A DNA stretch of 64,000 bases from an uncultured Trueperaceae bacterium. Its GTDB lineage: Bacteria > Deinococcota > Deinococci > Deinococcales > Trueperaceae. The notes under the pieces are model-generated. The model was not told the origin of the DNA, ran no database searches, and saw only the letters and a program-made list of their open reading frames with translations. Made by a program: the position numbers and the translations under genes. Location of the stretch: positions 128,001-192,000 of the forward strand of contig CAVSGP010000004.1 in NCBI GenBank assembly GCA_963727505.1. The letters run 5' to 3'. How positions within the stretch are numbered: position 1 is the first letter of the stretch; every line of letters starts with the position of its first letter. Shown here in pieces: positions 56,943 through 64,000 of the stretch.

Positions 56943-58007
56943 ATGAGCCATAGCGAGAACGCGGTCATTCGGGTCATCGGTCTGGGTGGGGGCGGCAACA
57001 ACGCCGTCAACCGCATGATCGAGACAGGCCTCAAGGGCGTCGAGTTCGTCGCCGCCAACACCGATGCGCAGGTGCTCGCCACCAGCCTGGCCGACACCCG
57101 CATCCAGATGGGCGACCACATCACCAAGGGTCTCGGCGCCGGGGCCAACCCGGAGATCGGCGAGCAGTCGGCCCTCGAGGACCGCGATCGCATCGCCGAG
57201 ACGCTCCGCGGCTGCGACCTCGTCTTCATCACCGCCGGTATGGGTGGCGGCACCGGCACCGGCAGCGCGCCCGTCGTGGCCGAAGTGGCCCGCGAGCTCG
57301 GGGCCCTAACGGTGGCCGTCGTCACCACACCCTTCATGTTCGAAGGGCCCAAGCGCATGCGGCAGGCCGACGAGGGCCTGCGCAAGCTCGAGGACAAGGT
57401 GGACGCGCTGATCGTGGTGGAGAACCAGCGTCTTCTGTCGGCCCTCGACCGCAAGGTCAAACTCACCGATGCCTTCCGCGTTGCCGATCGGGTGCTATAC
57501 CACGGCGTGCGCGGCATCAGCGACGTCATCAACATGCCCGGCCTGATCAACGTCGACTTCGCCGACGTCAAGACGCTGCTCCAGGGCGCGGGCACGGTGC
57601 TCATGGGCATCGGCGCCGGCCGCGGGGAGAAGCTGGCCGATGAGGCCTCGAACAGCGCCACCCACAGCCCGCTTCTGGCACGCGGCGTCGAGGGCGCACG
57701 GCACCTGCTCATCAACATCACCGGCTCCGAGGACCTGACGCTGTTCGACGCCCACGAGATCGTCGAGAAGATCAGCGAGGCAACCGAGGTCGAGGACGTC
57801 AACGTGCTCTTCGGCGTCACCTACGACGAGGACGCTGCCGACGAGGTGCGTGTCACCGTGATCGCGGCCGGGTTCGACCAGTCGCCGCAGGTGAAGGTGC
57901 TCCGCCCGACGCACCTGCGCGCCGCGGCCGGGGGCCGGAGCTACGACCCGAGCAACTACGACATCCCCGCCTTCCTGCGCTACAACCCGGACAGCCCGGA
58001 GAACTGA
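56943..58007 (+). CDS. ftsZ: Cell division protein FtsZ
   Basis: GGGGNNA, GMGGGTGTG, NVDFAD, DIPAFLR. Confidence 0.98.
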   Translation: MSHSENAVIRVIGLGGGGNNAVNRMIETGLKGVEFVAANTDAQVLATSLADTRIQMGDHITKGLGAGANPEIGEQSALEDRDRIAETLRGCDLVFITAGMGGGTGTGSAPVVAEVARELGALTVAVVTTPFMFEGPKRMRQADEGLRKLEDKVDALIVVENQRLLSALDRKVKLTDAFRVADRVLYHGVRGISDVINMPGLINVDFADVKTLLQGAGTVLMGIGAGRGEKLADEASNSATHSPLLARGVEGARHLLINITGSEDLTLFDAHEIVEKISEATEVEDVNVLFGVTYDEDAADEVRVTVIAAGFDQSPQVKVLRPTHLRAAAGGRSYDPSNYDIPAFLRYNPDSPEN

Positions 58008-58022
58008 GCTCACGCCCCACCG

Positions 58023-58054
58023 CGGTCCCCGGCGCGCGTTCGCGCCGGGGACCG
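58023..58054 (+). terminator. Hairpin after ftsZ
   Basis: cggtccccggcgcg-cgtt-cgcgccggggaccg. Confidence 0.65.
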
Positions 58055-58073
58055 TTCTGGTACGCTGACGGTC

Positions 58074-58565
58074 GTGCGCAACGAGGTCTTTCGCGGCAAG
58101 ATCATCACGGTTGCCGTACTCGACGAGCGTTGGGAGGTTGTCGAGCACCCGGACGCGGTGGCGGTGCTGGTGCAACGTGGGCCCAGTGTGCTGGGCGTGG
58201 TGCAGCGGCGCCCGGCCGTCGGCGCGGTCACCTGGGAGCTGCCGGCCGGCCTGATCGACCCCGGCGAGAGTCCCGAGCAGGCGGCCCGCCGCGAGCTCGC
58301 CGAGGAGACGCAGCTCGGTGGGCGCCTGACCCTCCTCACCCGCCTGTACGCCTCCCCGGGGTTCAGCGACGAGTGCATCCACCTGTTCGAAGCCCACGAC
58401 GTCCACAGCGTCCATGGCACCCCGGACGAAGGCGAGGAGCTGCGCGTCGAGTGGCGCGACGCCCTCGAGCTCTGGAACGCCGTGCGGGACGGGGAGCTCT
58501 CCACCAGCGGCGTGACACTGTTGGGCCTGCGCCACGCGCTGGCACGCCTCGGGGTCGAACCTTGA
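58074..58565 (+). CDS. Nudix hydrolase (ADP-ribose pyrophosphatase-like)
   Basis: ELPAGLIDPGESPEQAARRELAEE, SPG. Confidence 0.92.
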   Translation: MRNEVFRGKIITVAVLDERWEVVEHPDAVAVLVQRGPSVLGVVQRRPAVGAVTWELPAGLIDPGESPEQAARRELAEETQLGGRLTLLTRLYASPGFSDECIHLFEAHDVHSVHGTPDEGEELRVEWRDALELWNAVRDGELSTSGVTLLGLRHALARLGVEP

Positions 58566-59461
58566 AGGTGGTGGCGAGCCCGGACGACGCCGCGATCAAG
58601 GGCGCCATCGTCTCCATCGGGAATTTCGACGGGGTCCACCTCGGGCACCGCATGCTGCTGGGCCGCATGCGGGAGTTCGCCGACGCCAGCGGCCGCCCGG
58701 CGATGGTGCTCACCTTCTTCCCCCCGGCCAAGGTGTTGTTCGGGCATGCCACCTTCCTCAACAGCGCCGAGGAGAAGCTCGACCTGTTGCGGGCGTTCGA
58801 GCCCGACGTGGTGGCGATGATCCCCTTCTCGCGCGCCTACGCGCGTACCGATAAGGCACGCTTCGCCGACCAGCTCCGAAGGCTGGCGCCGCACGCCATC
58901 ATCGTGGGGGAGGACTTCCGGTTCGGCCACGACCGGGCCGGTGGACTGAACGATCTGTCCCCCATCCCCGACCGGCTCGAGGCCTTCGGCTTGAAGACCC
59001 TCGAGGGCGAGGTCGTGAAGTCGTCCCACATCCGCGATCACCTGTCCGCGGGGCGCATCGACCGGGCCAACGCCCTGCTCGGTGCTCCCTACCCGGCGCG
59101 CGGCGGCGTGATCCGCGGCGACGCGCGCGGCGCGACCATCGGCTTCCCCACCGCCAACGTACATACCGACGAACGCAAGGCCCTGCCGGTAGGGGTCTAC
59201 GCCGTGCGCGTGCAGGTTCCCCAGGGCACCTTCGATGGCATGGCCAACGTCGGGCCACGCCCGAGCTTCCCCGACGAGGCGCCCTCCCTCGAGGTCCACC
59301 TCTTCGATTTCGACGACGACCTCTACGGCAGCGAGATCACCACCCACTTCCACGCCTTCCTGCGAGGGCAACGCCGTTTCGAGGGCCTGGAGGACCTGAA
59401 GGCGCAGCTGGCACGCGACGCGGAGACCGCCCGCCGGGCGCTCCGGCCGCCGGCCCCCTGA
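58562..59461 (+). CDS. ribF: Riboflavin kinase/FAD synthetase
   Basis: IGNFDGVHLGH, GFPTAN, NVGPRP, EVH. Confidence 0.95.
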   Translation: MKVVASPDDAAIKGAIVSIGNFDGVHLGHRMLLGRMREFADASGRPAMVLTFFPPAKVLFGHATFLNSAEEKLDLLRAFEPDVVAMIPFSRAYARTDKARFADQLRRLAPHAIIVGEDFRFGHDRAGGLNDLSPIPDRLEAFGLKTLEGEVVKSSHIRDHLSAGRIDRANALLGAPYPARGGVIRGDARGATIGFPTANVHTDERKALPVGVYAVRVQVPQGTFDGMANVGPRPSFPDEAPSLEVHLFDFDDDLYGSEITTHFHAFLRGQRRFEGLEDLKAQLARDAETARRALRPPAP

Positions 59462-59477
59462 GCCGTATACTCTGCTC

Positions 59478-60218
59478 ATGCTCATCTACGGGCGAAGAGC
59501 CGTGCTGGAAGCACTCCGCGGGGGCACCGTGGAGCGAGTGCTGGTCGCGCGCGGCGTCAAACAGCAGACCCTCGCCGAGTTGCGCGCCGCCTCCGGGCGC
59601 GCTGGCGTGATACTCGACGAGGTACCCCGCATCGACCTCGACCGCGCGCTCAAGACCACCTCTCACCAGGGCGTGGCGGCGGAGTTGCCGGAACCTCGCA
59701 AGGGCACCCTCGACGACGTCTTCGCGCTGGCCGCGGACCGCAAGGAGCGCCTGCTGGTGATCCTGCTGGACCACCTCACCGACCCCCACAATGTGGGTGC
59801 CATCATCCGCAGCGCCGAGGTGCTCGGCGCACACGGCGTAGTGATGGAGGCCCGGCGCAGCGCGCCGCTCTCCCCCGTCGTGGTGAAGACGGCGGCCGGT
59901 GCGACCAGCCACCTGCCGCTGGTGACCGTGCCCAACCTGCCCCAGGCGATCGCCGACCTCAAGAAGCGCAACGTCTGGGTGTACGGAACCGACGCCGACG
60001 GAGCCCAGCTCCCGCACCAGGTGGACTGGAACCGCGACGCGGCGCTGGTGATCGGCTCCGAAGGGGACGGCCTGCGGCGCCTGGTGCGCGAACGCTGCGA
60101 CGACACCGTGCGCATCCCCGTTCGCGGCAGGATCGGGTCCCTCAACGCCTCGGTCGCGGCTGGGATCCTCGTCTACAGCGTCATCCAGGCGCGCGCCTCA
60201 GCGCCGCCGCAGCGATAG
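59478..60218 (+). CDS. rlmB: 23S rRNA Gm2251 methyltransferase
   Basis: HQGV, DPHNVGAIIR, GSEG, SLNASVA. Confidence 0.93.
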   Translation: MLIYGRRAVLEALRGGTVERVLVARGVKQQTLAELRAASGRAGVILDEVPRIDLDRALKTTSHQGVAAELPEPRKGTLDDVFALAADRKERLLVILLDHLTDPHNVGAIIRSAEVLGAHGVVMEARRSAPLSPVVVKTAAGATSHLPLVTVPNLPQAIADLKKRNVWVYGTDADGAQLPHQVDWNRDAALVIGSEGDGLRRLVRERCDDTVRIPVRGRIGSLNASVAAGILVYSVIQARASAPPQR

Positions 60219-60228
60219 GAGGCACGTC

Positions 60229-62178
60229 GTGCCACGTCGACTCGTCCCCCAGGACCTGCTCCGTCTCACCTTCGTGTCCGACCCACAGCTCTCCCACGAC
60301 GGGAGACTAGGCGCCGCCGTCACCACCCGCATCGTCGCCGGAGAAGGTGACGCGCCGCCGCGCTACCGGCCGCGCGTGGCGCTGATCGACCTGGACGGCG
60401 GCGGGGAGCGCCCGTTCACCACCGGTGCCTACGCGGACACCTCACCCCGCTTCGCCCCAGGCAAGGACCGCCTGGCCTTCCTGCGCAAGGCGAGCGAGAA
60501 GGGCAGGTCGCAGCTGGCTCTCGTGCCGCTCGACGGCGGCGAGGCCGAGGTCGTGACGGATTTCGAGGCCGGCGTCGCGGAGCTGTGCTGGCATCCCGAC
60601 GGCCGGCGCATCGCCCTTGCCACCCGCGGGAACTGGAAGGATGAGGCGGCCGAGCGCGGCCTGCCACGGCGCATCACGCGCCTCCACTACAAGGCCGACG
60701 GACAGGGCTTCCGACCCCAAGCTACTGCGCAGGTCCACCTCTACAGCCTGCGCAGTGGGCGCGCCCGCAAGCTCACCGACCTGCCGGTCGGCGCTGCGGG
60801 CCTGAGCTTCTCCCCCGACGGCGGCACCCTCTACTTCGTGAGCGCGACCGACGAGGACCAGGAGGACGTCTGGCGCGGCGGCATCTACGCGCTCGACCTG
60901 ACGAGCCGCGAGGTGCGCCCCGTGATCGCCGACCTGCTCAGCCCGGGCGCGCCCGTCCCCTCCCCCGACGGACGCCACCTGGCCTTCCTGGCGCCCTCGC
61001 TGCCCGAGGACTTCGCCAGCCCCATCGGGTTGTGGACGGTGTCCGCCGACGGAGGGCGGCCGCAACTGCTGACAGGCGGGCTCGACGCCGCAGCCTCCGT
61101 CAGCGGCGACTGCCGATACGGGACCTACCCTCAGGCGCCCGTCTGGGACGACGACACCAGTTTGATCTTCAACCTCAACCGGGAGGGCGCCAGCGGGCTC
61201 GCGCGCGTGGCGCTGGAGGGCGGTATCACCCCGCTGATGGACGGGCAACGCGCCGTGACCGCCTTCGCATACGGCGGCGGCCGGGCGCTGGTCACGGCCG
61301 AGACGCCCACCACGCCCGGCGAGCTCCTGCTGCGCGAGCCCGGCAGCCAGGAACGGCGCGTCAGCGGCTACAACGACGCATGGCTCGGCGAAGTGCGGCT
61401 CAAGCGGCCCTCCAACGCGGTGTCGTTCACCGCCGACGACGGCGTCGATCTGAGCTACTGGACGCTACCGCCCGTGCGCACCCGGCGGGACCGCGCGGCC
61501 GTGCTCGAGGTGCACGGCGGGCCGCACGCCAACTTCGGCTACGGCTTCACCTTCGAGTTCCACCTGCTCTCGGCCGAGGGCTACACCGTCGTCTACGGCA
61601 ATCCGCGCGGCGGGAGCTCGTTCGGCCCGGAGTTCTACCAGGCGGTCCTCGGAGACTATGGCGGTGGCGACGCCCGCGACGTGCTCGCCATCGCCGAGCA
61701 CGCCATGGAGCACCACCGCGATCCACGCGCGCCACTGCACCTCACCGGCGGCAGCTACGGCGGGTTCATGACCAACTGGCTGGTGACGCAGACCGACCGC
61801 TTCGCGAGTGCCGTCACCCAGCGCAGCATCTGCAACTGGCTGAGCTTCTACGGCGCCTCGGACATCGGCTACCGCTTCGCGGAGCGCGAGCAGGGCGGCC
61901 GGCCCTGGGAGGACACCGAACGTCTGTGGGACCAGAGCCCGCTCAAGCACGTCGCCAGCGTGACGACGCCGGTGCTGGTGATGCACTCCGAGCAGGACCA
62001 CCGCTGCCCCATGGAGCAGGCCGAGCAGTGGTTCACGGCTCTCAAGCGCCTGGGCCACGCCGAGGTGGAGTTCCTGCGCTTCCCCGACGAGGGACACGAG
62101 CTTTCGCGTTCCGGCAGACCCGACCGGCGCCTTGCCCGCCTCGACGCTCTTCTCGACTGGTTCGAGCGACACCCCTGA
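60229..62178 (+). CDS. S9 family (acylaminoacyl) peptidase
   Basis: Propeller, HGGP, GGSYGG, DHRC, HELSR. Confidence 0.93.
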   Translation: MPRRLVPQDLLRLTFVSDPQLSHDGRLGAAVTTRIVAGEGDAPPRYRPRVALIDLDGGGERPFTTGAYADTSPRFAPGKDRLAFLRKASEKGRSQLALVPLDGGEAEVVTDFEAGVAELCWHPDGRRIALATRGNWKDEAAERGLPRRITRLHYKADGQGFRPQATAQVHLYSLRSGRARKLTDLPVGAAGLSFSPDGGTLYFVSATDEDQEDVWRGGIYALDLTSREVRPVIADLLSPGAPVPSPDGRHLAFLAPSLPEDFASPIGLWTVSADGGRPQLLTGGLDAAASVSGDCRYGTYPQAPVWDDDTSLIFNLNREGASGLARVALEGGITPLMDGQRAVTAFAYGGGRALVTAETPTTPGELLLREPGSQERRVSGYNDAWLGEVRLKRPSNAVSFTADDGVDLSYWTLPPVRTRRDRAAVLEVHGGPHANFGYGFTFEFHLLSAEGYTVVYGNPRGGSSFGPEFYQAVLGDYGGGDARDVLAIAEHAMEHHRDPRAPLHLTGGSYGGFMTNWLVTQTDRFASAVTQRSICNWLSFYGASDIGYRFAEREQGGRPWEDTERLWDQSPLKHVASVTTPVLVMHSEQDHRCPMEQAEQWFTALKRLGHAEVEFLRFPDEGHELSRSGRPDRRLARLDALLDWFERHP

Positions 62179-62200
62179 GACCGGCCACCCGCCACCGACC

Positions 62201-62632
62201 TCAGGCGTCGGGAGCGTCGCTGAGCAACGTCGCCACCACGCGGCGCGGGCCGCCGCGATCCCGGAACTCGCAAAGGTAGATCCCCTGCCAGGTGCCGAGC
62301 GCTGGGCGCCCGTCGGCCACCGGCAGCAGCACGCCCACCCCCATCAGGCTGGCCTTGATGTGCGCGGGCATGTCGTCGTCACCTTCCAGCCGGTGGCGGA
62401 AGTACGTGGCGCCGTCCGGCACGGCGCGCGAGAACCAGCGCTCGAAGTCGCCGCGGACCTCCGGCGAGGCATTCTCATTGAGCGTCAGCGCAGCGGAGGT
62501 GTGCTGCAGGAACAGGTGCAGCAGCCCGGCGCGCACGCCACGCAGGTCCACCGCCTCCAGGACCTCGCGCGTCACGAGGTGGACCCCCCGCGTGCGGGCG
62601 TCGAGCGTCAGGGACCATTGGCGCGTCGTCAT
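62201..62632 (-). CDS. yjbQ: YjbQ/UPF0047 protein
   Basis: HTSA..NEN, AHIK, LGTWQGI..E. Confidence 0.93.
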   Translation of the reverse strand: MTTRQWSLTLDARTRGVHLVTREVLEAVDLRGVRAGLLHLFLQHTSAALTLNENASPEVRGDFERWFSRAVPDGATYFRHRLEGDDDMPAHIKASLMGVGVLLPVADGRPALGTWQGIYLCEFRDRGGPRRVVATLLSDAPDA

Positions 62633-62799
62633 GGTGCGAGCATACGGGCTGCCGACGCCGCGGTCACAGCGTGTCGCCGCCCCGTCGGCCAGGTAAACGA
62701 GGCCCTGGTATGCTACACTCCTACGTTGGTGTTCTGGCTCGGCATCGCCTCTATCACGCCGATCCGCGCTGGACCCACGCCTGGAAAGGGTTGGTATCT

Positions 62800-63069
62800 A
62801 TGACGATGGCACCTGCAACGAAACTCGAGGTCATCCGGAAGTACGGCCGCGACGAGAAGGACACCGGCTCCACCGCTGTGCAGGTGGCGCTGCTCACGGC
62901 CCGCATCGAGGAGCTGAGCCAGCATCTGCGCACCCACACCAAGGATCACCACAGCCGGCGCGGCCTGCTCAAGATGGTCGGTCAGCGCAAGCGCCTGCTC
63001 GGCTACTTGGAGCGCACTGATTACGACGGCTACAAAGAACTCATCGCGAGTCTCGGCCTGCGCCGCTGA
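62800..63069 (+). CDS. rpsO: 30S ribosomal protein S15
   Basis: [24 protein letters not shown]; start 62800 or 62806. Confidence 0.97.
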   Translation: MTMAPATKLEVIRKYGRDEKDTGSTAVQVALLTARIEELSQHLRTHTKDHHSRRGLLKMVGQRKRLLGYLERTDYDGYKELIASLGLRR

Positions 63070-63339
63070 GGGGCCGCAAGCGAAACGCGTGACGCCCGAC
63101 CGCCCCGTTCAAGCCGCAACGCACACCACGTCGAAGGACGCTTCCGGCGAGGCCACGTTTGCCTCGCCGGTCGGCTGTGAGCCCGAAGAACGCTCACGAC
63201 CGGTCGCCCGCCGTGCCCGGGACCCACACCCGACGCGGGCGCCCGGACCGACCCGGCTCGCGAGGGGGCACGACACGACCGCGAGGACCAGGACGGCAAC
63301 GGCCACAGCCGTGACGAACCGGACCGTGAAGGAGAGACT

Positions 63340-64000
63340 GTGAACCTACCTAGCTACCGACGCTACGCCACACAACTCGGAGGGCGTGAGCTCGTCATCG
63401 AGACCGGCAAGTACGCCAAGCAGGTCTCCGGCAGCGTCACCGTACGCTACGGCGACACCCTGGTGCTGGTGACCGCCCACATGAACGACAGCGGCTCGCC
63501 GCTGCCGTTCCTGCCGCTCACGGTCGAGTACGAGGAGCGCCACTACGCCATCGGCAAGATCCCCGGATCGTTCCTGCGGCGCGAGGGCCGGCCCGGCCAG
63601 CGGGCGACGTTGAACGCCCGCATCACCGACCGCCAGATCCGGCCGCTGTTCCCCAAGCAGCTGCGCAACGAGGTGCAGGTCATCATCACCGTGTTGTCGG
63701 CCGACCAGAAGACCGAACCCGGCCCGCTGGCCGCCATCGGCGCTTCGGCCGCGCTATCGATCAGCGACGTGCCCTGGAACGGGCCCACGGCCTGCTGCGT
63801 GGTCGGCTATCGCGACGGCGAGTACCTCATCAACCCCTCGCTCGAGGAGCTGCAGAACGGCAGCTCGCAGCTCGAGCTCACCGTCGCCGCCAGCAAGGAC
63901 GCGGTGATGATGGTCGAGGCCGCCGCCGACGAGCTCCCCGAGGACGTCATGGTGGGCGCCATCGAGGCCGCTCACGAGGCGCTGAAGCCGGTCGTCGCGC
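63340..64000 (+). CDS. pnp: Polyribonucleotide nucleotidyltransferase (5' part)
   Basis: GTG after GAAGGAG; LGGRELVIETGKYAKQ, FLPLTVEYEE, GKIPGSFLRREGRP, DRQIRPLF. Confidence 0.96.
   Translation, partial: MNLPSYRRYATQLGGRELVIETGKYAKQVSGSVTVRYGDTLVLVTAHMNDSGSPLPFLPLTVEYEERHYAIGKIPGSFLRREGRPGQRATLNARITDRQIRPLFPKQLRNEVQVIITVLSADQKTEPGPLAAIGASAALSISDVPWNGPTACCVVGYRDGEYLINPSLEELQNGSSQLELTVAASKDAVMMVEAAADELPEDVMVGAIEAAHEALKPVVA

Overview
High-GC bacterial chromosome window, most likely Deinococcota (Trueperaceae-like). This is inferred from the Deinococcus-Thermus-style DnaE, the pseudohelicase-type PriA, the dcw gene order and many apparently leaderless -10-box promoters. Most of the window is core genome: dnaE, tRNA-Cys/Val, nnrE, yebC, dnaJ-hspR, smc, birA, mgtE, yfbR, hisS-aspS-asnS, smpB, priA, purM, a two-component pair, luxS, RNase P RNA, the mraZ-ftsZ cluster, ribF, rlmB, rpsO and pnp. 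Two accessory patches stand out. (1) An AraC/VOC/UvrA-like cassette (~6.3-9.8 kb) lies between nnrE and an orphan, diverged 135-bp copy of the nnrE 3' end, which suggests integration with replacement of the gene's 3' end. (2) A solitary tyrosine recombinase has a near-perfect 11-6-11 dif-like palindrome over its own putative promoter and a translationally coupled leaderless uORF, next to a small cargo-like operon. Several start codons were re-assigned by eye from the ORF track. No database searches were run, so family calls rest on recognised motifs.
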